From NCBI GenBank assembly GCA_050290185.1, contig JBNKHE010000008.1, positions 148,647-212,646 on the forward strand: 64,000 bases of DNA. The letters run 5' to 3'. The notes under the pieces are model-generated. The model saw nothing but the letters and a program-made list of their open reading frames with translations, was not told where the DNA came from and made no database searches. This document shows positions 37,319 to 48,371 of this stretch, in pieces. This stretch comes from Pontiella sp. (GTDB lineage Bacteria; Verrucomicrobiota; Kiritimatiellia; Kiritimatiellales; Pontiellaceae). How positions within the stretch are numbered: the stretch's first letter is position 1; every line of letters begins with the position of its first letter. A program made the translations under genes and the position numbers.

Positions 37319-37639
37319 ATGTAAACAGGATTGCAAGGCCATTTCCTGAGCGGTCCTGCGTATCGGTAAAGATACGGTATTTCTCTGTTGCTCCTGCACT
37401 GAGTGCTACGAATAAACAGACCAATAGAACCCCGGGCCCAATCTTCATCGTATTTATCCCATCTATATCGACGCCTTATTAATTATGGGAAGAGTTATCC
37501 GATTTGAACCATCAACAAAGCTCCCTGACGGGGAAGGGTTGGATTGCAAAGGTTGTAGGGAAAAAGAGACATATAGACTCATGTATTGGTTGAAGGATTA
37601 TAGTTGTTTATTTTGTGCCGTTATGGCACATGTGTAGGC

Positions 37640-38824
37640 ATGAAACCGGGATTCTTTGATAAGCTGGTTGATCGGCTGGACCATTTGGACAAAGGTAGCC
37701 TTCAATCCTATTTCCTGCATTTGGCCAGGGAAAAGGGATTGATGGAGACCATCTTTCAGGCGCTGGAGGAGGGGATCATCGTGCTGGATCCCGACGCGCA
37801 GATCAGCTATGCGAACCGCGCCGCAGAACAGTTTCTCGGTTTCAAGCTCGAAACCGCCCTGGGAGTATCGATCCAGCGCTACCTCAAAGGGATCCACTGG
37901 GATCTGGTACTTGACCTCGACGAATACGAATGGAGCAAGCTGGTACGCCGGGAAATCGAGATCACCTATCCTCAGCACCGCTTCATGGAGTTCTACGTCG
38001 TTCCGCTGGCTGCCGTGGATGAAAAGGAGGAGGGGGCTGTCGTGATTTTTCGCGATGTCACCCGCGAACGGGAAAGTACCGCCGAGTCGATTGAATCCGA
38101 ACGGTTGCACGCCCTGAGCCTGCTGGCCGCCGGTGTGGCGCATGAAATTGGAAACCCGCTCAACTCCATCAATATCCATTTGCAGCTGCTGGATCGGGAA
38201 CTCGGCTTTATTGAAGATGAGCAGACCAGGAGTGATCTCCGTGAACTGGTCGATGTTTCACGTAAGGAAGTGGCCCGGCTGGATACCATCATTCGCCAGT
38301 TCCTCAAGGCGCTGCGCCCGTCGATGCCCGAGCGCAAGCCGCAACAGCTCTCCGGTTTGCTAGCCGAAACGCTGGATGTGATGAAACACGAGATCAAGGA
38401 TCGGCGCATGCTGGTTGAAACCGATTTTCCGGATAGGATTCCGGCGGTGGCGGTGGATGAAACGCAAGTTAAACAGGTGTTTTTCAACGTCATTAAGAAT
38501 GCTCTGCAGGCCATGGAGGACGGCGGCATACTGAAGGTCGAGACACAGCAGTCGGACCGGTTCGTAAGCGTGGTGGTCGAGGATAACGGGCCGGGCATCG
38601 ATCCCGAGAAGATGGGCGCGATTTACGAACCGTACCATACTACCAAGGCCGAAGGCACAGGCCTTGGCATGATGATTGTCCAGCGCATTATGCGCGACCA
38701 CGGCGGCGAGATCGAAATCAACTCCGGGCCGGGCAGGGGAACGAGGTTGATCCTTCGCTTCCCGCGCGAGGATGCCCGGATGAACCTTCTGGTCGCACCG
38801 GAAAAGGAGCATGAAAATGTCTAA
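37640..38824 (+). CDS. PAS-domain sensor histidine kinase (NtrB-like)
   Basis: PAS (EGIIVLD...YANRAA), AGVAHEIGNPL, NVIKNA, DNGPGI, GTGLG. Confidence 0.92.
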   Translation: MKPGFFDKLVDRLDHLDKGSLQSYFLHLAREKGLMETIFQALEEGIIVLDPDAQISYANRAAEQFLGFKLETALGVSIQRYLKGIHWDLVLDLDEYEWSKLVRREIEITYPQHRFMEFYVVPLAAVDEKEEGAVVIFRDVTRERESTAESIESERLHALSLLAAGVAHEIGNPLNSINIHLQLLDRELGFIEDEQTRSDLRELVDVSRKEVARLDTIIRQFLKALRPSMPERKPQQLSGLLAETLDVMKHEIKDRRMLVETDFPDRIPAVAVDETQVKQVFFNVIKNALQAMEDGGILKVETQQSDRFVSVVVEDNGPGIDPEKMGAIYEPYHTTKAEGTGLGMMIVQRIMRDHGGEIEINSGPGRGTRLILRFPREDARMNLLVAPEKEHENV

Positions 38825-40163
38825 ACCCACGGTGTTAATTGTCGACGACGAAAAGAGTGCCCGTGATGGGCTGGTTCGGGCGTTGCGGCGCGACTACAAC
38901 GTGCTGGCTGCGGAAAATGGCAATTCCGCCCTGGAGGTGCTTTCGGAGCGGAGCATTGATGTTCTGCTGAGCGATGTCCGTATGCCGGGGATGGATGGGA
39001 TTGCGCTGATGCAGCGCGCGCTGGTGAACCACCCTGAACTCACCTGCATCATTCTGACGGCTTACGGTGATGTGGATATCGCGGTCGAGGCCATGAAGCA
39101 GGGGGCCACGGATTTCATGACCAAGCCGATTAACCTCGATAAGCTGGAGCTGGTGCTGGGTCGGGTACTGAAAGCCAAGAAGATCGAATTGGAAAACGAG
39201 CAGCTCAAGGTGCAGCTCGACAGCAAATACGGACTTGAAAACATTATTGGCCGCTCCGAGCCCATGCAGGAGGTATTCGATACCATCCGTCAGGTGGCTG
39301 CGTCGCGCGCAACCGTGTTGATTCAGGGTGAAAGCGGAACCGGCAAGGAGCTGGTGGCGAAGGCTATTCATCAGCTGAGCCCGCGCAGCAAGGGTCCGTT
39401 TGTGGCGGTACACTGCGCGGCACTTTCGGAGAATCTGCTGGAGAGTGAGCTGTTCGGCCATGAAAAGGGGGCCTTTACCGGTGCGATGGAGCGGCGCATC
39501 GGACGGTTCGAAAAAGCAGACGGCGGTTCGCTTTTCCTCGATGAAATCAGCGAGATCGACGCGGCGGTGCAGGTTAAGATCCTGCGGGCGCTGGAAGAAC
39601 GGCAGATTGAGCGCGTGGGCGGAGATACGCCGGTTGATGTTGATACCCGCCTGATTGCGGCAACCAACCGGGACCTGAAGGAAATGGTGGCAAACGGCGA
39701 TTTCCGCGAAGACTTGTTTTATCGTCTCTATGTGGTGGTCATAACCCTGCCTCCACTGCGCGAGCGGCAGGACGATGTTCTGTTGCTGCTTAGCCACTAT
39801 CTGGCGGTTTTCAATCAGGAAAACGGCAAGCAGATCGAGGGATTCACTCCAGCTGCGTGTGACATGCTTTCGGCCTACGGTTGGCCGGGCAACATCCGTG
39901 AACTGCGCAATCTTGTGGAGCGGATGGTGGTGTTGGCTCGCGGCAAGGTGTTGGATGTGAAGGATATTCCCGCGCAAGTCCGGGACAGCATCGGAGGAGG
40001 GGAGGTGCGGGTTGATGCCGAGCTGACCGTCGATGAAATGGAAAAGCGGATGATTATCCAGGCCTTGGAGAAAACCGGAGGAAACCGGACCAAGGCCGCG
40101 GAAAAACTAGGGATCAGCCGCCGAACCCTGCACCGCAAGCTGAATCAGTATGGAGTCGGTTGA
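38811..40163 (+). CDS. Sigma-54-dependent response regulator (NtrC family)
   Basis: REC (IVDDE, DVRMPG), GESGTGKE, ESELFGHEKGAFTGA, WPGNIREL, Fis-type HTH. Confidence 0.95.
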   Translation: MKMSKPTVLIVDDEKSARDGLVRALRRDYNVLAAENGNSALEVLSERSIDVLLSDVRMPGMDGIALMQRALVNHPELTCIILTAYGDVDIAVEAMKQGATDFMTKPINLDKLELVLGRVLKAKKIELENEQLKVQLDSKYGLENIIGRSEPMQEVFDTIRQVAASRATVLIQGESGTGKELVAKAIHQLSPRSKGPFVAVHCAALSENLLESELFGHEKGAFTGAMERRIGRFEKADGGSLFLDEISEIDAAVQVKILRALEERQIERVGGDTPVDVDTRLIAATNRDLKEMVANGDFREDLFYRLYVVVITLPPLRERQDDVLLLLSHYLAVFNQENGKQIEGFTPAACDMLSAYGWPGNIRELRNLVERMVVLARGKVLDVKDIPAQVRDSIGGGEVRVDAELTVDEMEKRMIIQALEKTGGNRTKAAEKLGISRRTLHRKLNQYGVG

Positions 40164-40261
40164 TCCGCCAGGAAAAAACGAAGTCCCCAATGGTTGGCGG
40201 TGCCGGGTGGCATTGCGCGTTACGTTGATTCTTTGGGCAAGTCCTGTTTTACCCGTTCGGG

Positions 40262-40579
40262 TTAGAAGGCACCTCATTCCTGCTTGCCCGGAATATAATA
40301 ACTGGGGCAGATGTAGTTAAACATGTTGGCGATGTGGCGGGCTCGTTTGAGCGTCTGCGCGTCTTCCGCTCGCAGCTTGGCACGATCATCGCCAAAGTCC
40401 GCGTCAAAATATTCATTAGCCGCCTGTTTCCGGTCGGCTTCGGTTTCAAACTGATCACGTATTTTCCGGAGCTCGCCGGCATCCAGCAAGATTCCTCCGC
40501 AACCATTTTTACATACATCAACTGTGAGGTTTCCAACCGTCATTGTTTCCAACTCATTACTATACGCCGGACAGTTCAT
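40262..40579 (-). pseudogene. Degenerate zf-TFIIB-like zinc-ribbon protein
   Basis: MNCPAY (Tyr at the expected second Cys), VDVC..GCGG..LDAGEL; in-frame TGA four codons before TAA (GKQE*GAF*); AGGAG RBS. Confidence 0.55.
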
Positions 40580-40673
40580 TGTAGACTCCTTTTCTGCATG
40601 GTTAATGATATTGCTAACGATGACAGCCGCTGTTAAAGAAGGGCGTGAGGATATCCTAGAAAAGGAGACTGCA

Positions 40674-41213
40674 ATGCTGAAGCGCGACGAAGTGATCTTG
40701 CTGTTTATCGATGTACAGGGCCGGCTGCACGAAGTCATGCACGACAAGAGTGTGCTCGACGCCAATCTGGAACGGTTGATCCGGTGTGCCCGGTTGCTGG
40801 AGGTTCCGATTCTGGCGACCGAGCAGATTCCCGAAAAACTTGGTCCGACGAATGAACCGTTCAAATCATTGATGGGCGACGCAAAAACGATCGCGAAGAC
40901 CACGTTCAGTTGTTGCGGCGATCTGGTCTTCCTGACGGAGCTGCGGGCGCTCGGCAAGGAACAGGTAATCCTGACGGGTATCGAGGCTCACGTCTGTGTA
41001 TATCAAACGGCGATGGATTTGCTGGAGGCCGGGTACGAAGTGTTTGTGGCGGCCGATGCGGTGTCGTCCAGAGCGGCAGAGAATAAAGAGCTGGCCCTGC
41101 AGGCCATGCGCGATGCCGGTGCAAGAATTCTGCCGACGGAAACCATGCTGTTTTCCCTGCTGAGAGATGCGGCCGATCCCCGTTTTAAGGAACTTCTCAA
41201 GCTGATCAAATAG
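40674..41213 (+). CDS. Isochorismatase-family hydrolase (YcaC/ISOC-like)
   Basis: IDVQGRL, TEQ.PEKLGPT, KTTFSCC, GIEAHVCVYQT, DAVSSR. Confidence 0.92.
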   Translation: MLKRDEVILLFIDVQGRLHEVMHDKSVLDANLERLIRCARLLEVPILATEQIPEKLGPTNEPFKSLMGDAKTIAKTTFSCCGDLVFLTELRALGKEQVILTGIEAHVCVYQTAMDLLEAGYEVFVAADAVSSRAAENKELALQAMRDAGARILPTETMLFSLLRDAADPRFKELLKLIK

Positions 41214-41248
41214 CGCTATTCTTTCGTCGTTGAACGGAGGGAATCGCG

Positions 41249-41584
41249 ATGAGTGATGAATTAACCAATAAACGTTGTGTGCCTTGCGAGGGTGATGTCC
41301 AGCCCTTGGCGCCCGAAGCCGCAGATGCCTTGATGAAGCAGTTGGATGGCTGGGTCCGCACGGGGAACGAAATTTCGAAGACCTACAGTTTCAAGAACTA
41401 CTATCAAACCATGGCTTTTGTGAATGCAGCGGCCTATGTTTCGCATCAGGAAGATCATCATCCCGATATGTTGATCGGCTACAAGACCTGTGCTGTGACC
41501 TATACCACCCACGCGATCGGCGGCCTGTCGGAAAACGACTTTATCTGCGCCGCCAAACTCGATGCCCTAGTCAGTCGTGACTGA
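41249..41584 (+). CDS. phhB: Pterin-4-alpha-carbinolamine dehydratase
   Basis: C.PCEG, EDHHPD, THAIGGLSENDFICAAK. Confidence 0.93.
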   Translation: MSDELTNKRCVPCEGDVQPLAPEAADALMKQLDGWVRTGNEISKTYSFKNYYQTMAFVNAAAYVSHQEDHHPDMLIGYKTCAVTYTTHAIGGLSENDFICAAKLDALVSRD

Positions 41585-41770
41585 GGAGCCGGGAGAGAAC
41601 TTCTTCTGGAGCGGTTTTCCGGGCCGCGGCAGCGTGTGCACTCTGCACGAGCGCTAAAGATAAAACCGTTTTGCGCAATGTATTCATGGTCATGATCTAT
41701 CCATGGAAATTTCTGCGCGGCGATCGGTTTTCGAGTATACCTTGCGTCAACAGCTCTGTTCCCGCGGGGA

Positions 41771-42199
41771 TCAGCCGATGATGTATTTTTCGAGGCGTTC
41801 TTCGTCGGCAAGGAATTCCGGGATAAGTTTTTTGCGGGCGGAGGCGCCGTGGGCATGGACGGATGCAGGGTCGCCGGTGATAAGCGGGTGCCAGTCGGGC
41901 AGGGGCTTTCCTTCATGCATCAGCCGATAGGCGCAGGTTTCGGGCATCCATGCGAAGTATTCGGGATGGTCGACCGATAGGTGGGCGCAGTCGGGAACCA
42001 GTTCGTGGCGGTTTGCATAGTTGGTGCAGCGGCAGGTATTGACATCGAGCAGGCGGCAGGCCACGCAGGTGTAGTGTATTTCTCCGGTTTTATCGTCTTC
42101 AAGCTTGTGTACGCAGCATTTGGCGCATCCATCGCAGAGGGATTCCCATTCGGCTTCGCTAAGCTCGTGCAGTTTTTTTGTTTTCCAGAATGGTTGCAT
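41771..42199 (-). CDS. YcgN-family cysteine cluster protein
   Basis: EWESLCDGCAKCC, CTNY..R...VPDC, WMPETCAYR, WHPL. Confidence 0.92.
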   Translation of the reverse strand: MQPFWKTKKLHELSEAEWESLCDGCAKCCVHKLEDDKTGEIHYTCVACRLLDVNTCRCTNYANRHELVPDCAHLSVDHPEYFAWMPETCAYRLMHEGKPLPDWHPLITGDPASVHAHGASARKKLIPEFLADEERLEKYIIG

Positions 42200-42201
42200 G
42201 G

Positions 42202-44700
42202 CTACGAGGTGTATTTGTTGATCATATCGATCAGATCCTGCCGGCTGACCGGTTTGGAGATATAGTCATTCATGCCGATTTCAATACACTTGTCCTTATC
42301 TTCTTTCAGGGCATGGGCGGTGATGGCAATGATGGGAAGGTTGCAGTGGGGCTCACGCATTTCGCGAATGCGTGTAGTGGCTTCGAAGCCATCCATGACC
42401 GGCATCTGACAGTCCATGAGGACGACATCGTATCGTTTCTTGCGGATCTGCTGTATGGCATCCTGTCCGTTGTCCACGGTGTCAACGGCGCATCCGGCCT
42501 TTTGCAGGATGGCGATGGCGACCTTCTGGTTGACCTTGTTGTCTTCGACCAGAAGCACGGTGACGTTGGGTTTGGTGATGGTTTTGATGCGATCGGATTC
42601 GGCGGGCTTGATCGCTGCGGCATGGTTCGCTTGCGGCAGGGTGAGGTTGAAGAAGAACGTCGATCCCTGTCCTTTGGAGCTGATCAGTCCAATGGTTCCA
42701 CCCATGAGTTCGATGAGTTGCTTGCATATCGCGAGACCGAGGCCGGTTCCGCCATACATGCGCTTTTTGGAGCCGTCGACCTGGATGAATTTTTCAAAGA
42801 TGCTGGCCTGCTTTTCCTTGTCGATGCCGATGCCGGTATCGATGACCTGAAAGTAAAGTTCTGCGCCGTTAGCTCCCTTGGCATGGCATTCGATATTAAG
42901 CGATACCGCCCCTTTGTGGGTGAATTTAATGGCATTGCCGACCAGGTTGACCAGGACTTGTTCGATCAGCCCTTCATCGCCGATTACGTAGAGCGGAACG
43001 CTGTCCTGGCATTCGCAGGTGAAGCGAATGCCGTTCTGGCTGGCGGTCGGCTGGAACGTGTGTTGAAGGTTTTCGCACATAACGCGCAGGTCGATGACCG
43101 AGGTGTGTACATCCATCTGGCCGGCTTCGATTTTGGAGATATCCAGCACGTGGCTTATGATTTTGATCAGACCGGAGGAGGATTGCATGATGGTGTCGAC
43201 GCAGTTCTTCTGTTCGGCGGTGAGCTCGGTGTCGCTGAGCAACTGCACCATGCCGAGAATGCCGTTGAGCGGAGTCCGGATTTCATGACTCATGTTGGCT
43301 AGGAATTCGCTTTTAGCCTGGCTGGATTTTTCCGCCATCTGGCGGGCGTTTTCCGCCAGTTCCTTGGCTTCCTCGGCCATCCATTTGGCCGTGACCATCT
43401 GCTCTTCGGCCTCCTTGCGCAGGCTGATGTCGCGGGCGTGGAGCTGCAGCATTTCGCGGCCGGAGATTTTATGCAGGTTGCCGGTCATTTCAATGGGGGT
43501 AACCGTGCCATCGGAGGCTTGGCTGAACCCTTCGCAGGCTTCCATTTTCCTGGAAAACCACAGATCCAGGTTGGATTTAACCTCGTCATGGTACTGTTCG
43601 GGAGCCAGATCGTAGATGGTCTTGGACAGTAGTTCCTGCTTGGCCATTTTTACCAGGTTGCAGGCCTCGGTGTTGGCCGTGGTGATGTGCCCGGCACGGT
43701 CCAGGACAAAGACGGCATCGGGGGAGTTTTCGAAGATGTCCCGCAGGCGGTTTTCGCTTTCCGCATAGAGCTGGGTCTGTTTTTCCACGGAGCGGTGCAG
43801 CTTGCGGTTCCAGAGGAAGCTGAACAATAGAATGGTTCCAACTATGCCGGAGACCGTGACGGTCGCGATGATGATGGTGCGTATCGGCAGTGGTTTCCTG
43901 GCGTATTCGGAGCCCAGCCATTTAGCCTGTATTTTCGAAAGGGTACCGCTCTCCTGAGCATTGGCCACCCCCTTGTTGAGGATATCCCGCAGGATGTTGT
44001 TCCCGTGGTTCACCGCCATGCATATCCGGGCGCTGAACAAGGGGTCCCCTTCTGGCTTAAGGTTACCTTTTCCACTCGAGTAGAGGTAGTGCTGTATAAC
44101 CAATTCATTCCCGATAATCGCATCGACCGAACCATTTTCGACGAGTGCAACACCGTTCTGTGGGGTCGCAACAAATTTGATGCCGCATTGGATCTTTCTG
44201 CTGACCAATTCGTCCAGAATGCGGCTGGTACCCAGAATGGCGACATTGCCTTGTGAAAGGTCGTCGAAATCGGAAATATCGTTTCGGTCGGTTCGCACAA
44301 ACAGGGCAACAGGGGCGTTCTTGGTGGGGGTGGTAAAGTCGAACTCGGCATCGCGCGCTTCGGAATAGGAGAGGCTCAGCAGGGCGTCGACCTCGTCTGA
44401 GCGAAGCCGGTTCATGGCATCTTCCAGCGGCATGGCTTCAAACCGGGCCTTGAATCCCAGTTCAGCAGCGATCCAGCGCACCAGCTCGACATCCATGCCG
44501 ATGACCTGTTCCTTATTGACGAATGAAAAGGGCACAAAGGACGGTTGAACCGCAAAGACAATCTCTTTTTTCCCGGCAAGGAATTCCTCCTCGCGCGAGC
44601 TCAGCGGCAAGGCCCATGTTGAGAGGGCCAGGGCGGCAATGGTGCCGGTCAAGAGAATCCGTTGGATGGAAGATGTCATAAGATAAAATACTTCGGGCAC
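42202..44700 (-). CDS. Hybrid sensor kinase (periplasmic solute-binding domain, PAS, HisKA, HATPase, REC)
   Basis: PBPb domain, TM helix, PAS, KSEFLANMSHEIRTPLNG, NLVGNAIKFT, GGTGLGL, VEDNKVN, MDCQMP. Confidence 0.93.
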   Translation of the reverse strand: MPEVFYLMTSSIQRILLTGTIAALALSTWALPLSSREEEFLAGKKEIVFAVQPSFVPFSFVNKEQVIGMDVELVRWIAAELGFKARFEAMPLEDAMNRLRSDEVDALLSLSYSEARDAEFDFTTPTKNAPVALFVRTDRNDISDFDDLSQGNVAILGTSRILDELVSRKIQCGIKFVATPQNGVALVENGSVDAIIGNELVIQHYLYSSGKGNLKPEGDPLFSARICMAVNHGNNILRDILNKGVANAQESGTLSKIQAKWLGSEYARKPLPIRTIIIATVTVSGIVGTILLFSFLWNRKLHRSVEKQTQLYAESENRLRDIFENSPDAVFVLDRAGHITTANTEACNLVKMAKQELLSKTIYDLAPEQYHDEVKSNLDLWFSRKMEACEGFSQASDGTVTPIEMTGNLHKISGREMLQLHARDISLRKEAEEQMVTAKWMAEEAKELAENARQMAEKSSQAKSEFLANMSHEIRTPLNGILGMVQLLSDTELTAEQKNCVDTIMQSSSGLIKIISHVLDISKIEAGQMDVHTSVIDLRVMCENLQHTFQPTASQNGIRFTCECQDSVPLYVIGDEGLIEQVLVNLVGNAIKFTHKGAVSLNIECHAKGANGAELYFQVIDTGIGIDKEKQASIFEKFIQVDGSKKRMYGGTGLGLAICKQLIELMGGTIGLISSKGQGSTFFFNLTLPQANHAAAIKPAESDRIKTITKPNVTVLLVEDNKVNQKVAIAILQKAGCAVDTVDNGQDAIQQIRKKRYDVVLMDCQMPVMDGFEATTRIREMREPHCNLPIIAITAHALKEDKDKCIEIGMNDYISKPVSRQDLIDMINKYTS

Positions 44701-44805
44701 TATAGGCCGCGATCTAGAATATGGTAAACAAAAACTACGGAGAATCCCTCTGGATGAACTAGAGCTTCCACGCAGATACCCTTTTGATTTATAGTAGCAG
44801 ACAAT

Positions 44806-46050
44806 ATGCCGGAATTACGAAAAGTGGTGCATGTGATGCGCCGGTTTGTTCCTGAAAAATGGGGCGGTACCGAAAGCGTGGTTTTCCATGTTTCCCGGGC
44901 ACTGGTGCGACAGGGGATTGACAGCCCGATCCATTGCACCGACATGTTTTCTTCGCCGGGGTTCGATGCGATGGATTCTGTAACCCTCTGCCGTCATCCG
45001 TACGTTTTGCCCTGGTTCGGGTTGTCCGAGGGGGCAAAACAGTCCTTGCGGTTGAAGGGGGGCAGCCCGTTGTCGTTTTCGCTGTTCAAGGGACTGTTGC
45101 TCGAACGAGGAGTCTCCATTATTCATACCCATGTGCAGCATCGGCTGGGGGGAATGGCCCGCACGGCTGCACGGCTCCGCGGGATTCCCTATGTCGTCAG
45201 CCTGCATGGTGGCTACTTTACTTTACCACAGGAACAGATCGACTCCATGTCCCGGCCCTTTGCCGGAAGGCTGGAGTGGGGGAAGGTGTTCGGCGCGCTT
45301 TTTGGATCCCGCCGGGTGTTGGAGGATTCGGACGGCATCATATGCGTCGGGCAGTCTGAATACGAAGCGGTTCGGCAACGGTTCCCCGGGAAACCGGTTT
45401 TCTGCGTATCAAACGGGGTGGATGTCCAACGCTTCGCCGATGCCGACGGGACATTGTTTCGGGAGACCTATGGATTCCATGGCCATGAAAAAATCGTTCT
45501 TTGCGTGTCCCGCATCGATAGTCAGAAAAACCAGTTGGGCCTGATTCGGGCCTTTGCCCGGTTTTCCGAAAGCCATCCCGACCATCGTCTGGTGCTGATT
45601 GGACCGGTTTCCGTGGAGGACTACCGCCGTGCAATCGCCGATGAAATCGAGCAGCGGTCTTTGCAGGAAAAGGTTCGGATTATTGATGGACTGGCACCTC
45701 ACGACCCCTTGCTGCCATCGGCCTACAAGGCCGCCGAAATGTTTGTGTTGCCTTCCATTCATGAACCGTTCGGGATTGTCATCCTCGAAGCGTGGGCCGC
45801 CGGAGTCCCCGTTCTGGCCAGTCGCGTTGGCGGCATTCCCGGATTTTCCGTCGACCGCGAAACGGCCTTGCTGGTGGAGCCGGGGGCCGTCGATGAACTG
45901 GTTTCCGGTATGGATGAACTTGCGGCCGACACCGCCCTGTGCGCCGATCTTTCCCGACGGGCGTTGGAGGTGGTCAAGGCAGACTACGACTGGTCGGTGG
46001 TGGCGGTGCGGATGCAGGAAATCTATGAACAACTGATTCGCAGATCATGA
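44806..46050 (+). CDS. GT4-family glycosyltransferase
   Basis: GGTE, NGVD, RIDSQKN, LPSIHEPFGIVILEAWAAGVPV. Confidence 0.92.
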   Translation: MPELRKVVHVMRRFVPEKWGGTESVVFHVSRALVRQGIDSPIHCTDMFSSPGFDAMDSVTLCRHPYVLPWFGLSEGAKQSLRLKGGSPLSFSLFKGLLLERGVSIIHTHVQHRLGGMARTAARLRGIPYVVSLHGGYFTLPQEQIDSMSRPFAGRLEWGKVFGALFGSRRVLEDSDGIICVGQSEYEAVRQRFPGKPVFCVSNGVDVQRFADADGTLFRETYGFHGHEKIVLCVSRIDSQKNQLGLIRAFARFSESHPDHRLVLIGPVSVEDYRRAIADEIEQRSLQEKVRIIDGLAPHDPLLPSAYKAAEMFVLPSIHEPFGIVILEAWAAGVPVLASRVGGIPGFSVDRETALLVEPGAVDELVSGMDELAADTALCADLSRRALEVVKADYDWSVVAVRMQEIYEQLIRRS

Positions 46051-46140
46051 ACTTCGGTTATTTTGCTTATAAATTCTGGTGCATTACCGCGAAGTAACGC
46101 ATATTTTCGGGCTCAATTCGGAATCAATAAAGGGGGCGGA

Positions 46141-46392
46141 ATGCCACATAACGACATTAAGAAAAGTATCGGCGAACTGAAACGGGAGCTGGAACAATCG
46201 CCGGCGGAAACCGGCCAGTTCGAGGAAATGCTTGAACATGCCAGAAGCGGCATTGAGCGGTACACCCCGGATGCGATTCAGGAGCTGGTTCAGACTTTGC
46301 AGCGCGAGGCGGAGGAGTTCGAGGTGGAGCACCCCCGAATCACGGCGCTGATCAACCAGGTCATGACCTCGTTGAGCAATCTTGGCATTTAA
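46141..46392 (+). CDS. DUF4404-like small protein
   Basis: FEVEHP.....IN.V...LSNLGI C-terminus. Confidence 0.8.
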   Translation: MPHNDIKKSIGELKRELEQSPAETGQFEEMLEHARSGIERYTPDAIQELVQTLQREAEEFEVEHPRITALINQVMTSLSNLGI

Positions 46393-46405
46393 AAAGAGGA
46401 ACCCG

Positions 46406-47776
46406 ATGATAAAGATATGTTGTATTGGTGCCGGATATGTGGGCGGACCTACCATGGCAATGATCGCCAGGAAATGTCCCGATGTTCAGGTTACGGTGGT
46501 CGATATCAATGCCGACCGCATTGCCGCGTGGCAGACCGACGAGCTGCCCATCTATGAGCCCGGCCTGCTTGAAGTCGTCAAGGAAGCACGTGGCCGCAAT
46601 CTCTTTTTCTCCACGGAGGTCGATCAGGGTATCCGCGATGCCGACATTGTTTTCGTCAGTGTCAACACGCCCACGAAAACCTTTGGTGAAGGGGCGGGAT
46701 GCGCCTCGGACCTGCAGTACTGGGAACTGTGTGCCCGCCGGATTAAGGAGGTTTCCACCTCCGACAAGATCATTGTTGAAAAGAGCACGTTGCCGGTGCG
46801 CACGGCCGAAGCGATGGAGCGCGTACTGCATGCCGGCGACAATCCAGTCCATTTTGAGGTTCTTTCTAATCCCGAATTCCTGGCCGAGGGAACCGCGATT
46901 GAAGATCTTGAATGTCCCGACCGCGTGCTGATCGGCGGCCATGAAACTCCTTCGGGCCAAAAGGCCCTGCAGACGCTGGTCGACATCTACGCCACCTGGA
47001 TCCCGCGTGAGCGTGTTTTGACGACCAATGTCTGGTCAGCCGAACTGTCTAAACTCACAGCCAACGCATTTCTTGCGCAGCGCGTGAGTTCCATCAATGC
47101 CATCTCCGCGCTGTGTGAAGCCACCGAGGCGGATGTCGCGGAGGTTTCCCGTGCAATTGGCACCGACAGCCGTATCGGCCCCAAGTTCCTCAAGGCGAGT
47201 ATTGGATTCGGCGGTTCGTGTTTTAAGAAGGACATCCTGAATCTGGTCTATCTGTGCGAGAGCTATGGGTTAAAGGAACCGGCTGATTACTGGCGACAGG
47301 TTGTTGCGATGAACGAATATCAGGAAACGCGTTTTGTGAAGACCATGCTGCACAGTATGTTCAATACCATCGCCAACAAACGTATTGCTGTTTTGGGATT
47401 CGCCTTCAAGGCGGATACCGGCGATACGCGCGAAAGCCCGGCGATCAAGGTCTGCCGCGAGCTGGCGGCCGAACGTGCCAGCATTGTGATTTCCGACCCG
47501 AAGGCGATGGAAAACGCCAAACTCGACCTGCCGGAGCTGGTGGATCAGATTGAATTCGAGGCGGATCCCTACAAGGCCACGGAAGGCGCCCATGCCGTGG
47601 CGGTCCTCACCGACTGGAAGCTCTACAAGGAACTCGACTACCAGCGCATCTTTGACGGCATGCAAAAGCCGGCCTTTCTTTTCGATGGCCGCAACATGCT
47701 CGACCATGATGCCTTGTTTGAAATGGGCTTCGAGGTGTATTCGATTGGCAAGGGACGCAAAACGCACCTGAAATAG
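46406..47776 (+). CDS. ugd: UDP-glucose 6-dehydrogenase
   Basis: [56 protein letters not shown]. Confidence 0.96.
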   Translation: MIKICCIGAGYVGGPTMAMIARKCPDVQVTVVDINADRIAAWQTDELPIYEPGLLEVVKEARGRNLFFSTEVDQGIRDADIVFVSVNTPTKTFGEGAGCASDLQYWELCARRIKEVSTSDKIIVEKSTLPVRTAEAMERVLHAGDNPVHFEVLSNPEFLAEGTAIEDLECPDRVLIGGHETPSGQKALQTLVDIYATWIPRERVLTTNVWSAELSKLTANAFLAQRVSSINAISALCEATEADVAEVSRAIGTDSRIGPKFLKASIGFGGSCFKKDILNLVYLCESYGLKEPADYWRQVVAMNEYQETRFVKTMLHSMFNTIANKRIAVLGFAFKADTGDTRESPAIKVCRELAAERASIVISDPKAMENAKLDLPELVDQIEFEADPYKATEGAHAVAVLTDWKLYKELDYQRIFDGMQKPAFLFDGRNMLDHDALFEMGFEVYSIGKGRKTHLK

Positions 47777-47797
47777 GGTTTTGTGCTAATGCTTGCC

Positions 47798-47830
47798 GAG
47801 GGGGCTTCCGTGAGCGGGGGCCCTTTTTTT
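47798..47830. terminator. Terminator between convergent genes
   Basis: GAGGGGGCTTCCG-TGAG-CGGGGGCCCTTTTTTT. Confidence 0.7.
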
Positions 47831-48044
47831 ATGCGTCGGCTGCTGCGACGGTGATGAGGTTGCCCTCGAATCCGACCACTTGACCCGGTCGGATCTTGCA
47901 CCGTTTACGCGTTTCCAGCTGACCGTCGACCGTGACGAGTCCTTGCGCCACGACTTCCTTGCCTTCGCCGCCGGACATGACGAGATTGGCCGCCTTGAGC
48001 AGGCTGCACAGTTCGATGTAATCACCTTTGATGCAGAATTCCAT
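47829..48044 (-). CDS. S4-domain RNA-binding protein (YbcJ/YaaA-like)
   Basis: YIEL..LLK...L..SGGE.K....G.V.VDG..ETRKR.KIR.G. Confidence 0.9.
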   Translation of the reverse strand: MEFCIKGDYIELCSLLKAANLVMSGGEGKEVVAQGLVTVDGQLETRKRCKIRPGQVVGFEGNLITVAAADA

Positions 48045-48047
48045 GGA

Positions 48048-48305
48048 TTATTGTGAGGCCTCGCGTTTGAGTTTCTTAACCAGTTCGACGTGTTTGTAGG
48101 GGGCACGTCGACGGTGGTAGAGGGCATCGATTTTCAGGTCCAGCGTTTCCCAGTCCTCAGCGCTAGGCGGGGTGTCGTAGTCCCAGAACTCTTCGTCGGA
48201 TCGCTTGAACTGCCACTTGATCTTATCGTGTCCCACGAAGGTGATGCGAACTTTGCGTTTAATGCGGTTTTCGAGTTTTTCAACCCATTCAATATCAGCT
48301 TTCAA
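48048..48305 (-). CDS. Small hypothetical protein
   Basis: 85 aa ORF co-oriented and tightly packed with neighbour; W-rich basic sequence. Confidence 0.7.
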   Translation of the reverse strand: MKADIEWVEKLENRIKRKVRITFVGHDKIKWQFKRSDEEFWDYDTPPSAEDWETLDLKIDALYHRRRAPYKHVELVKKLKREASQ

Positions 48306-48371
48306 AGCACGACTCCATTTTCAGTCATTGGAAAAATGCCAAGCCACTTCCAATGAGCGGCAGGGAGGCTG

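Noticed and set aside
37640..40163. Two-component pair as regulator of the cytochrome island
   Set aside because: Only adjacency supports it; no convincing sigma-54 -24/-12 site was found upstream of island genes
40274..40276. In-frame TGA as selenocysteine or Trp recoding
   Set aside because: TGA is a normal stop for many genes in this window, no SECIS-like hairpin was recognised, and the gene shows other signs of decay
46406..47776. Eukaryote-like UDP-glucose dehydrogenase as horizontal transfer from a eukaryote
   Set aside because: This subtype is common in bacteria; composition and context are ordinary
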